A stretch of DNA of 64,000 bases from Mustelus asterias (GCF_964213995.1 NC_135808.1:23002001-23066000), one strand, 5' to 3'; counted from the first letter of the stretch, positions 50,601-62,585 are shown. Program-made: numbers and translations. The notes: a model not told the origin generated them from the letters alone.

Positions 50601-52478
50601 CCTTGATGCCACACTTGGCCGAATGTGGCCTTGATATCAAGGGCTGTCACTTTCACCTCACCTCTGGAATTCAGCTATTTTGTCCATGTTTGAACCAAGG
50701 CTGTAATGAGGTCAGGAGCTGAGTGACCCTGGTGAAACCCAAACTGGGCGTCACTGAGCAGGTTATCATTAAGCAGGTGCTGCTTGATAGTACCCGTGGA
50801 GAATTATATGACAAGAACGTTGGATCGAAGGAAATCTCACAGAGTGTTTCCTGAGAATATACTCAAGCAATATTTTGATCGGGAAGGAAAGCAGAAGGGG
50901 GATGCATTAGTTATGACAATGCAGAGTGAAGAAATAAGTCCAGATGATTCTGCATTTGACATTCTTCAAATTAAATTGGATAATGTGGAAGTAATCGGAA
51001 ATTGAAATAAACGATTGAGTTACCTTCTGGAGGAAAATCAAAATGGCCTGAAAGAGTTACTACAACCACATGGAGAGATATGTGGGAATAAACTGGGAAG
51101 GACTAAAATAATTATGCACAACGTAGATGTAAGAAATGCTGTTCCAATTAAGCAATATCTGTACAAGCTTAACCCTCCAAAGTTGGCATAGGTTCAAAAG
51201 GAGATTGAAAGCATATTTAAAAATTACATAATTGAAGTGAGTTGGAGAGAGTGCAGCTCACCCGTAGTGAGGGTTCCAAAATGAGATGACACCCAACAAT
51301 TCTGTGTGGACTATAGGAAAGTTAATGCAGTTACAAAATAAGATTCATATCCCATTCCTTTCTTGGGAGACTGCATTCAGAAGGTGGGACAAGTGACTTT
51401 TATTTCCAAACTTGACTTACTAAAAGGATACTGGCGGGTACCTTTATCCGAAAGGGCAAAGGAGATTTTGGCTTTCATGACAAAAAATGGTCAGTACCAG
51501 TTTAAAATCATGCCATTTGAAATGAAAAATGCACGAGCCACATTTCAAACATTAACTAATAAGGTCATTTCTGGACTACCTAATTGTGCTGTGTACATAA
51601 ACAAACTGGTGGTTTTCAGACAGATGTGGAAGGAACATTTGGAGCACCGAGCGGAATTGTTCAATTGGCTTCAGGATGCAGGCTTGGTGGTAAACTTGGC
51701 TAAGAACGAGTTTACAAAAACCAAAGTCACATTCATAGTCCATACAATTAGACATGGATGGAAGGCCCTACGGTCGGTGAAAACAAAGGTTATTGGGGAG
51801 TGCCCAATACTGCCGGTGAAAAGTGAAGTACTGCATTCTTGGACCTGGATGGTTTTTATAGGAATTTTGTGCCAAACATTTGCATTATGGTTGCTGCACT
51901 GACTGACTTGCTGAAAAAACATGCAAAATTTCAGTGGACGGTGAATGTCAGAGGGCATTTGGCCGCCTGAATAATGTGTTAACCACTGCACCTGTGTTGG
52001 CAAGAACAAATTATGCAAAACCATTCAAGATGGCCATTGATGCGAGTGATGTGGCTGTTCTATTACAAGAAGATGACAAAAGGATATAAAGACCAATTGG
52101 GTACTTTTTTCTGGAAAACGAAATAACCATCAAAAGAGATTCAACCATTGAGAAAAGAAACATTGAGTTTGGTGTTGGCATTGCAACATTTTAACGTTTA
52201 TGTTGTCAGCAATTCATCTGAGACAGTTATTTACACTGATCATAATCCATTGACGTCTCTGGAGAAATTTAGAGATCAAAGTGAAAGGCTCTTTAGATGG
52301 AGTTTATTATTACAGCCATTTTATATGAGAATTACAATGTGGCAGAAAGTGAGAATGTGATTGCTGATGCTTCATCAACAATTTCATGAAAGAGGAAGGA
52401 ATATTCAATGTCGGAAGAGAATGACTGTACTGGACAATAGAACTATTATACTTGCATGCATTGATTTACTAGAATGTG

Positions 52479-52519
<41 letters not shown>

Positions 52520-55500
52520 ACTAATAGTGTGAAACTTGAAGTTATGAAAAATGAAGCCATTTTTTATTGCTGTTTTTTTTAAGGGGGAGGTGTGAGGATA
52601 CTGTGCCTTTAAGAAATGTATCTATATCATGTTTCTTGTGAAGGGATTGTTTTCAACTTCAGCTCTGATTACAGTGCCGATTTGCCCACAAACAGCAGCC
52701 CACATGCTGAGAGTGCAGAAGCATAATTTATCCCAGATAATGTTTCTTTTTGCTTTTATCTGAGCTGTTTTGTTTATTTTTTTGGGTTGTCCCTGGGGTT
52801 TCAGAGTAAGGTTTAATTCGGTTGATTGACAAGAGGAAGTTATATGCTGATGGGAAGAGCTAAGCTTACAGGAAGACAAGCAGACAGTTGTCTGCCTGGA
52901 CCTGCCAGAAGCATTATTCTCTCTCTCTTTCTCTAAAGACTGTAGTTTGGGACCTGCTCGAAAATAGGTCTCTCTCCAGAGGTGTTTTGGAGGCTGGAGA
53001 TACCCAGCTCAGATACCCACATGTAAGGCTGTTTGCTGACTGATTTTCAGGAGGTGTTTATGTCTATGAGGAATATTGCTTAAATTGGAACAATTAGAAA
53101 TAATCCAGCAGTTAAGAGTTGTATCTTGTCACATGTAAGAATTTCAGTTGGTAAAAGTTGAGGCTATTTCTTTTTGTTATAGTTAAACTGTACTGTTAAA
53201 TAAAGTTTGTTTTGACAAAAGCTTCCTAGTGGGTCATTGGAATGACACCTCGAGTGAAACACTTTATCCTCACACGAATGTCAAAGTCAAAAAAGAGAGT
53301 TGGGGTCTGGTCTAAATTCATAACATGGAGTTTCTAATCTGGTGCCCAACGGTGGATGCTGGTGTTTTGTGTTCATACCTTGATCTCTCTCTGTTTTTCA
53401 GGTTCTCACTCTCTCCGGATTTCCGTCACGGGAATGACTCCGATCCCGGGTTTCCCGGAGTTTGTGCTTGTCGGTTATGTGGATGATCTCCGGGTTGTTG
53501 TGTACGACAGCGATCGGAAGGAGCTGATCCCCCAGGAGCAGAGGATGGTGGAGATCGACGGACATGAGGCTTGGGAACAGAAGAAGATTCTCGCACAAGA
53601 GCTGGGGATGATTGTCAAATTGTCTTTTCCGGTCTTCATTTCTCTGTCCCAGCAGACAGGAAGTGAGTCCTCACTTTCCCACCACTCGGGGGTGCAGGTG
53701 GGAAGAAACCAAGAATGGATCAGGAACTGGGAGCCAGAGGCTGATTGGCTACGATTGGATATGTGACAGCAAATTTGATTGGCGATCAATGAGTGGAGGG
53801 AATGTATCCAAGAGAGACTGGCTCGGATTGGCTGTGTGTGGAGGACATGAGATCCACTTAGTGTAACTGCCGCTGATTGGCTTTCTATGTGGTGGGAGGT
53901 GCCTCGCTTGATTTGATTGGCTTTTGATAGAGTGGGTCTGGCTTCTGAGTGGAACTGGCTTGGATTGGCTGTGGGGGTGGTATCTCACATTGGGACTGAC
54001 TCTAATTGGCTGTTTGTGATCCACAGGAATCCATGTTTTACAGATGATGACTGGCTGCAATCTGAGGGATGATGGGACCACGAGTGCATTCAACCGGATT
54101 GGGTGGAATGGACAGGATGTGCTCAGCTTCGACAAGGATCACATGGTGTGGGTGACCCCAGTGACCTGGGGAGAGATCATCAAAAACAATCTTGACAGGG
54201 ATACTGCCCAGAATGAGCGATTCAAACAATTACTGGAGGTGGACTGTATTGAGTGGCTGAGGAAATCCCTCGAGTTCGGACAGAGTGAACTGACAGCTGG
54301 TGAGTGAGGGGGGAGCGAGAATTGGTGAGTGATGGGGGGAGCGAGAGTCGGTGAGTGAGGGGGGGAGTGAGAGTCGGTGAGTGAGGGGGGAGTGAGAGTC
54401 GGTGAGTGAGGGGGGAGCGAGAGTCGGTGAGTGAGGGGGGGAGCGAGAGTCGGTGAGTGAGGGGGAGCGAGAGTCGGTGAGTGAGGGGGGAGCGAGAGTT
54501 GGTGAGTGAGGGGGGAGCGAGAGTCGGTGAGTGAGGAGGGAGCGGGAATCAGTGGGTCAGGGTGAGTGAGGGGGGAGTGAGTGGGAATCAGTGGGTGAGG
54601 TGGGAGTGAGTGGGAATCGGTGGGTGAGTGAGAGGGGGGTGGGAATCAGTGGGTGAGGGGGACTGAGTCATTGAGTGACGCGTGACAGATAGAGAGAAAG
54701 GTAGAAAACACCGAGTGCATTTTGCAGAAAGCTGGAGGGAGATACTTATTTTCTATCAGCTCCCAGACTGCAATTTCCAGACAGAGAAAGGGAGAGAGAA
54801 AGAGCTGCTCCTTCGTTTTTCAAATTGAAACAGCAACTGCCTGCCTGTCCCTCTGTAACCCAAACTGCTCCCATTGACATGATTTCATTCTTGCCAATCA
54901 ACCTAATTACACCCGACTCTGAAACACCAGGAGAAAACCACAACATTTCACAAAACTGCATTAGCTCAGATTAAAACAAACACCCCAATACTTAGGACCA
55001 ATTACTCTTCCGCATTATGTTGTGAAGTTTATGTTTTTAAAATGATAACACAATTGTAACAATTGGAGTTTTCTAAACAGCATTCCATTGGAATCGTGCT
55101 TTATTCGGTTTGTTAATTGTTTTGTTAACCTGATTGCTGTTAGTTAGATAAATAAAGTGTTACTTGTTGCTTTACAGAGGGAATCTCAGGTAGTTATTTT
55201 GATTTGACCACTAAAAGTTGCTGAAGAGCAGATATTAACCCTTCTCACACACACTTTAACAGATTATGAAGGGACGTAATGCTCTTTCAGTGGCTGAGTA
55301 TCAGTTCTCAGAGAGGAAATCAACTTCCACTTCGTAACAATTATCAGCATGTGGGCTGCTGCAGTAATCAGAGTTGACATATAAAACAGTCCCTTTAGAA
55401 GAAATGCAAATACATTCCTTAAAAGCACAGTTCTGACACAGGGGACTTAGAGTGAGTGAGGGAGGGAGGGAGTGAGATTCGGTGAGTGAAGGAGGTGAGA

Positions 55501-58500
55501 GAGCCGGTGAGTGAGGGGGGGGAGTGAGAGTTGGTGAGAGAGGGGGGAGCGAGAGTCGGTGAGTGAGAGGGGAGTGAGAGTCGGTGAGTGAGCGGGAGTG
55601 AGAGTCGGTGAGTGAGGGGGGAGTGAGAGTCGGTGAGTGAGGGGGGAGTGAGAGTCGGTGAGTGGGGAGGGGAGTGGGACTCTCACTCCCGCTCACTCAC
55701 CGACTCTCACTCCTCCCTAACTCACCCACTCTCACTCCCCCCTCACTCAACGACTCTCACTCCCCCCTCACTCACCGACTCTCACTCCCCCCTCTCTCAC
55801 CGACTCTCACTCCCCCCCCTCACTCACCGGCTCTCTCGCCTCCTTCACTCACTGAATCTCACTTCCTCCCTCCCTCACTCACTCTAAGTCCCCTGTGTCA
55901 GAACTGTGCTTTTAAGCAATGTATTTGCATTTCTTCTAAAGGGACTGTTTTATGTGTCAACTCTGATTACTGAGGGGAGGAGTGAGCATCGGTGAGTGAG
56001 GGGGGAGTGAGAGTCGGTGAGCGAGGGGGGAGTGAGAGTCGGTGAGCGAGGGGGGAGTGAGAGTCGGTGAGTGAGGGGGGAGTGAGAGTCGGTGAGTGAG
56101 GGGGGGAGTGAGAGTCGGTGAGAGAGGGTGGAGTGAGCGTCGGTGAGTGAGGGGGGAGTGAGAGTCGGTGAGTGAGGGTGGAGTGAGAGTCGGTGAGCGA
56201 GGGGGGAGTGAGAGTCGGTGAGTGAGGGGGGAGTGAGAGTCGGTGAGTGAGGGGGGAGTGAGAGTCGGTGAGTGAGGGGGGGAGTAAGAGTCAGTGAGTG
56301 AGGGGGGTAGTGAGAGTCGGTGAGAGAGGGTGGAGTGAGAGTCGGTGAGTGAGGGGGGAGTGAGAGTCGGTGAGTGAGGGGGGGAGTGAGAGTCGGTGAG
56401 AGAGGGTGGAGTGAGAGTCGGTGAGTGAGGGGGAATGAGAGTCGGTGAGTGAGGGGGGAGTGGGTGTCGGAGGGTGAGGGGGGAGTGAGAGTCGGTGAGT
56501 GAGGGGGGAGTGAGAGTCGGTGAGTGAGCGGGGAGTGAGAGTCGGTGAGTGAAGGGGGAGGGAGGGTCGGTGAGTGAGGGGGGAGTGAGAGTTGGTGAGT
56601 GAGGGGTGGAGTGAGAGTTCGTGATTGAGGGGGGAGTGAGAGTCGGTGAGTGAGGGGGAACTGAGTCGTTGTGCGAATGTGAGTGAGGGGGGAGTGGGAG
56701 TCGGTGAGTGAGGGGGAACTGAGTCGTTGTGCGAATGTGAGTGAGGGGGGAGTGAGAGTCGGTTAGTGAGGGGGGAGTAGGAATCAGTGGGTGAGGGAGG
56801 AGTGAGTGGGAATCGGTGAGTGAGGGGGGAGTGAGAGTCGGTGAGTGAGGAGGGAGTGAGAGTCGGTGAGTGAGGCGGGAGTGAAAGTCGGTGAGTGAGG
56901 CAGGAGTGAGATTCGGTGAGGGTGGAGGTATTGGGAATCAGTGGGTGAGTGAGGAGTGAGTGGGAATCGGTGAGTGAGGGGGGAGTGAGAGTCGGTGAAT
57001 GAGGGGGGAGTGAGAGTCGGTGAGTGAGGGGGGAGTGAGAGTCGGTGAGTGAGGGGGAATGAGAGTCGGTGAGTGAGGGGGGAGTGGGAGTCGGAGGGTG
57101 AGGGGGAGTGAGAGTCGGTGACTGAGGGGGGAGTGAGAGTCGGTGAGTGAGGGGGGAGTGAGAGTCGGTGAGTGAGCGGGGAGTGAGAGTCGGTGAGTGA
57201 AGGGGGAGGGAGGGTCGGTGAGTGAGGGGGAAGTGAGAGTCGGTGAGTGAGGGGCGGAGTGAGAGTTGGTGATTGAGGGCGGAGTGGGAGTCGGTGAGTG
57301 AGGGGGGAGTGAGAGTCGGTGAGTGAGGGGGAACTGAGTCGTCGTGCGAATGTGAGTGAGGGGGGAGTGAGAGTCGGTGAGTGAGGGGGGAGTGAGAGTC
57401 GGTGAGTGAGGGGGGAGTGAGAGTCGGTGAGTGAGGAGTGAATGAGAATCGGTTAGTGAGGTGGGAGTAGGAATCAGTGGGTGAGGGAGGAGTGAGTGGG
57501 AATCGGTGAGTGAGGGGGGAGTGAGAGTCGGTGAGTGAGGAGGGAGTGAGTGTCGGTGAGTGAGGCGGGAGTGAGATTCGGTGAGGGTGGAGGTAGTGGG
57601 AATCAGTGGGTGAGGGGGGAGCGAGAGTGGGTGAGTGAGGGGGGAGCGAGAGTGGGTGAGTGAGGGGGGAGCGAGAGTTGGTGAGTGAGGAGGGAGCGAG
57701 AGTCGGTGAGTGAGGAGGGAGCGGGAATCAGTGGGTCAGGGTGAGTGAGGGGGGAGTGAGTGGGAATCAGTGGGTGAGGTGGGAGTGAGTGGGAATCGGT
57801 GGGTGAGTGAGAGGGGGGTGGGAATCAGTGGGTGAGGGGGACTGAGTCATTGAGTGACGCGTGACAGATAGAGAGAAAGGTAGAAAACACCGAGTGCATT
57901 TTGCAGAAAGCTGGAGGGAGATACTTATTTTCTATCAGCTTCCAGACTGCAATTTCCAGACAGAGAAAGGGAGAGAGAAAAGAGCTGCTCCTTCCTTTTT
58001 CAAATTGAAACAGCAACTGCCTGCCTGTCCCTCTGTAACCCAAACTGCTCCCATTGACATGATTTCCTTCTTGCCAATCAACCTAATTACACCCGACTCT
58101 GAAACACCAGGAGAAAACCACAACATTTCCCAAAACTGCATTCGCTGAGTTTAAAACAAACACCCCAATAATTAGGAGCAATGATTCTTCCGCATTATAT
58201 TGTGAAGTTTATGTTTTTAAAATGATAACACAATTGTAAAAATGCTCGGAGCAGAAGGCATTGCATGGGCTGTTTAAAAAAAGGTTTTTATTTCTGTACT
58301 GAAGAGTAGGCTGTACACTGCTGTACACTGTACATTGTATCATGAGCCTGGGCAGTAACTTTAAACAATCAGTTTAAATTAGGGATTTGAATAGCAGCAG
58401 CCTCTCAGATTTGAATTTGATGTTTTGATAAATAGTGGTAAACCAATCCTATTGTGGGGATTTTTGATATGTCATCAGGGGTATAAAAGCCACACTCCTG

Positions 58501-59951
58501 CCTCTGCCAGCAAATGCATCTGCCACGGTTTACAGCTTGAGAGAGAGAGGGAGAGAGAGACAGACAGCAACTGTCTCTAACAGAGTGACAGCCACATTTA
58601 TGTCTTAAAAGAAAGCCTCATCTCAAGCGTAAAGGTACAAACGGAAGTTAGTGGAAACAGAAGATAAAGACAGAGCATTCCGGAAGATGACAAAACTGGT
58701 TAAAATTTTGAGAGTGACTAGAAATTCAAATTGTTTTGTAAAAAATGGGAATTGGATTTATCTAAAGAGCATTCCATTGGAATCGTGCTTTATTCGGTTT
58801 GTTAATTGTTTAGTTAACCTGATTGCTGTTAGTTAGATAAATATTGTGTTACTTGTTGCTTTACAGAGGGAATCTCAGGTAGTTATTTTGATTTGATCAC
58901 TAAAAGTTGCTGAAGTGCAGATATTAAACCTTCTCACACACATTTTAACAGATTATGAAGGGACGTAATGCTCTTTCAGTGGCTGAGTATCAGTTCTCAG
59001 AGAGGAGATCAACTTCCACTTCGTAACAATCATCAGCATGTGGGTTGCTGCAGTCATCAGAGTTGACATATAAAACAGTCCCTTTAGAAGAAATACAAAT
59101 ACATTCCTTAAAGGCACAGTTCTGACACGGGACTTAGAGTGAGTGAGGGAGGGAAGGAGGGAGAGTCGGTGAGTGAGGGGGGAGTGAGAGTGGGTGAGTG
59201 AGGGGGGAGTGAGGGGGGCGTGAGAGTCGGTGAGTGAGGGGGGCGTGGGAGTCGGTGAGTGAGGGCGCGTGAGAGTCGGTGAGTGAGGGGGGAGTGAGAG
59301 TCGGTGAGTGAGGGGGGAGTGAGAGTCAGTGAGTGAGGGGGGAGTGAGAGTCGTGAGTGAGGGGGGAGTGAGAGTCGTTGAGTGAGGGGTGAGTGAGAGT
59401 GGGTGAGTGAGAGTGGGTGAGTGAGGGAGGAGTGAGAGTCTTTGAGTGAGGGGGGAGTGAGAGTCTTTGAGTGAGGGGGGAGTGAGAGTCGGTGAGTGAG
59501 GGGGGAGTGAGAGTCGGTGAGTGAGGGGGGAGTGAGAGTCGGTGAGTGAGGGGGGAGTGAGAGTGGGTGTGTGAGCGGGGAGTGAGAGTCGGTGAGTGAG
59601 TGGGGGAGTGAGAGTCGGTGAAGGGGGTGATGCCGGGACCCTCCATCTCGAGGTTCCTGTACTGACTCCTCTTTCTTTCTCTCTCAGTTGCCCCGATCGT
59701 GTCCTTTACCCGTCTGGGTGATTCTAACCAGCTGTCCTGTGCCGTCACTGGGTTTTACCCTCAAGCCATCGAGGTGAATCTGTGGAGAGATGAAGTGGTG
59801 ATTGATGAGACTCTGTCCAGTGGGATCTTACCCAATCACGACAGCACCTATCAGATCCGGAAATGGGCAGAGTTTGATCCAGAGGACCAGGCCGAGTATT
59901 CCTGTCGGGTGGAACACAGCGGGATGAATGAGACACTGGTGGTGATTTACG
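44673..59951 (+). CDS. Non-classical MHC class I gene C, 3'-partial; exons 44673-44736, 53402-53662, 54027-54299, 59688-59951
   Basis: Four open exons of the expected lengths (64/261/273/264) with GT-AG sites; no TM exon found before the window end. Confidence 0.88.
45225..53351 (+). mobile_element. Gmr1-like Gypsy LTR retrotransposon (decayed) in gene C intron 1; LTRs about 45225-45969 and 52591-53351
   Basis: Two diverged direct LTRs, PPT aagggggagg at 52581-52590, integrase YHPESQG (about 47520) upstream of [11 protein letters not shown] (about 51410) and RNase H YTDHNPL (about 52230). Confidence 0.85.
48290..50775 (-). mobile_element. Nested LINEs: a CR1 (about 49258-50472) inside another CR1/L2-group LINE
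   Basis: FADDCTIF and ALDIKATF in the outer element; [11 protein letters not shown] and FTDDTK in the inner. Confidence 0.8.
53402..53662 (+). CDS. Gene C alpha1 exon
   Basis: [11 protein letters not shown]...[21 protein letters not shown]. Confidence 0.92.
54027..54299 (+). CDS. Gene C alpha2 exon
   Basis: [11 protein letters not shown]...[13 protein letters not shown]. Confidence 0.92.
54300..59622. repeat. Expanded 25-bp minisatellite in gene C intron 3, containing duplicated nested solo LTRs and an inversion
   Basis: Arrays at 54300-54660, 55450-57840 and 59135-59622; block 54650-55470 is duplicated at 57830-59160. Confidence 0.9.
58198..59028 (+). mobile_element. Solo LTR (family B) nested in a minus-strand LTR related to the intron-1 element; internally deleted copy at 55018-55339, fragment at about 32630-33023
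   Basis: TG...CA with ATTA target duplication in the 55018-55339 copy; TATA-like and AATAAA signals. Confidence 0.75.
59688..59951 (+). CDS. Gene C alpha3 exon
   Basis: About 90% aa identical to gene A alpha3 (9 differences in 88 by hand count). Confidence 0.93.
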
Positions 59952-60289
59952 GTAAGACTATTTCTCACTGTTCGAGAGGACCCAGCCTCAGACCAGGGTC
60001 ACAGGAGGGAGGGTCAGTGCTGAGCTGTCAGCCCAGGACAGCCTGAGGCCCAGTATAGAGCAAGAAGGAAATAAATATTAATCTTCAATGCATTACATCA
60101 TCATGGTGTCACCATTAAAGGAAAGTGATTGTGTGTCCTGGGGTTTTACTGTGCAATCTGCCCCAGTGTATCCTGCGATATTATAGCATGACAGGGCCCG
60201 GTGCATTGTGGCAAATAACAGGAAGTGCAGGACCCATTGCATTGTTGAATATTATAGTAGGAAAGGGCGCCTGTGGATCATGAGATATT

Positions 60290-61310
60290 ACTGTGTGACA
60301 GGCCAGTGTATCCTGAGATATTACAGTATTACAGGGCCAGTGTATCCTGGGATATTACAGTATGACAGGGCCAGTGTATCCTGGGATATTCCAGTATGAC
60401 AAGGCCAGTGTATCCTGGGATATTACAGTATTACAGGGCCAGTCTATCCTGGGATATTACAGAATGACAAGGCCAGTGTATCCTGGGATAGTACAATCTT
60501 ACAGGGCCACTGTATCCTGGGATATTACAGTATTACAGGGCCAGTGTATCCTGGGATATTACAATATTACAGGGCCAGTGTATCCTGGGATATTACAGTA
60601 TTACAGTGTCACTGTATCCTGGGATATTACAGTATTACAGGGCCAGTGTATCCTGGGATATTATAGTGTGACAGGGCCAGTGTATCCTGGGCTATTACAG
60701 TATTACAGGGCCAGTGTATCCTGGGATATTACAGTATGACAGGGCCAGTGTATCCTGGGATATTACAGTATGACAGGGCCGAGTGTATCCTGGGATATTA
60801 CAGTATTACAGGGCCAGTGTATCCTGGGATATTACAGTATGACAGGGCCAGTGTATCCTGGGCTATTACAGTATAAAGTTTAACAACACCAGGTTAAAGT
60901 CCAACAGGTTTATTTGGTAGCTTTTGCTACCAAATAAACCTGTTGGACTTTAACCTGGTGTTGTTAAACTTCTTACTGTGTTTACCCCAGTCCAACGCCG
61001 GCATTTCCACACTATTACAGTATTACAGGGCCAGTGTATCCTGGGATATTACAGTATGACAGGGCCAGTGTATCCTGGGATATTACAGTATGACAGGGCC
61101 AGTGTATCCTGGGATATTACAGTATGACAGGGCCAGTGTATCCTGGGATATTACAGTATTACAGGGCCAGTGTATCCTGGGATATTACAGTATGACAGGG
61201 CCGAGTGTATCCTGGGATATTACAGTATTACAGGGCCAGTGTATCCTGGGATATTACAGTATGACAGGGCCAGTGTATCCTGGGATATTACAGTATTACA
61301 GGACCTAGTG
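60290..61310. repeat. 34-bp minisatellite in gene C intron 4
   Basis: acagggccagtgtatcctgggatattacagtatt units. Confidence 0.95.
60876..61011. mobile_element. Penelope terminal fragment forming a perfect 46-bp hairpin
   Basis: Arms 60876-60921 and 60926-60971, loop tttt; sequence matches about 5482-5568. Confidence 0.88.
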
Positions 61311-61399
61311 TATTCTGGATGTTTACTCCAGTCAACTTCGGATGAATGTTCAGAAAAATACTGGAACTCTGTCTATTGGAGAGAATTCATGAAAATCTA

Positions 61400-62585
61400 G
61401 AAAGTCTATTTGGACTTCAGTAAGGCCTTTGATAAATTTCTATATGGCAGGCTGCTCTGGAAGGTGAGATCACATGGAATCCAGGGAGAGCTGGCAAATT
61501 GCTGATGTAATTGTCGTGATGATAGGAAGGAGAAGGTAATGGTGGAAGGGTGCTTGTCGGACTGGATGCCTGTGACTAGTGTATGCCCCAGGGGTCGGTG
61601 CTGGGCCCATTGCTGTTTGTTATCTATATCAACAATTTGGATGAGAATGTACAAGGCATGATCAGTAAGTTTGCAGAAGACACTAAAGTAGGTGGTATTT
61701 TAGGCAGTGAGGAAGCTTGTCAAAAATTGGAGCAGGATCTTGATCAGCTGGAGAAATGGGCCGAGAAATGGCAAATGGAGTTCAACACAGATGAGTGTGA
61801 GCTGTTGCATTTTGGAAAGTCAAATCAAGCTCAGACTTTAACAGTGAATTGTAGGACCTTAGGGAGTTTCGTTGAACTTAGGGACCTTGGAGTTCAGGTG
61901 CACAGTTCTCTGAAAGTGGAGTCACAGGTAGATAGGGCAGTGAAGAAGCCTTTTGGCACGCTGGCCTTCAGTCAAGTCACTGAGTATAGAAGTTGGGAAG
62001 TTATGTTGCAGTTGCACAGGACGTTGGTGAGGCCGCACTTGGAGTATTGTGTTCAGTTTTGGTCGCCCTGCTACAGGAAATATGTTATTAAACTCGAAAG
62101 AGTACAGAAGAGATTTACAAGGATGTTGCCAGGACTGAAGGGACTGTGTTGTAGGGAGAGATTGGACATGCGAGGACTTTTTTCCTTTGGAGCGTAGGAG
62201 ACTAAGGGGTGATCTTGTAGAGGTATATAATAAGATCATGAGGGACATGGATAGGGTGAATGCACTCAGTCTTTTTCCCAGGGTTGGGGAATCGAGAACT
62301 CGAGAGCATAGGTTTATGTTAAGAGGGGAAAAAATTAATGGAAACCTGAGGAGCAACTGTTTTACACAGAGAATGGTACATATGTGCAAAGAGCTGCCGG
62401 AGGAAGTGGTTGAAGCAGGGACATTGACAACATTTAAAAGGCATTTGGACAGATACATGGATCTGAAAGGTTTAGGGGGATATGGGTCAAATACAGGCAA
62501 ATGGAGTTAAGTTAGATGGATATTTTGGTCGGCTAGGGCCAGTTTCGGCCAAAGGGCCTGCCTCTGTTCCGTAGATTCTATGAAA
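61400..62585 (+). mobile_element. CR1-type LINE 3' fragment
   Basis: PQGSVLGPLLFVIYIN, FAEDTK and LVRPHLEYC motifs. Confidence 0.92.

Noticed and set aside
54300-59687. Possible extra alpha2 exon in the long intron 3 of gene C
   Set aside because: The intron is accounted for by minisatellite and LTR sequence; no second alpha2-like ORF seen
60290-61310. Regular 34-bp repeat resembling a CRISPR array
   Set aside because: Units are contiguous with no unique spacers, there are no cas genes, and the context is a eukaryotic intron
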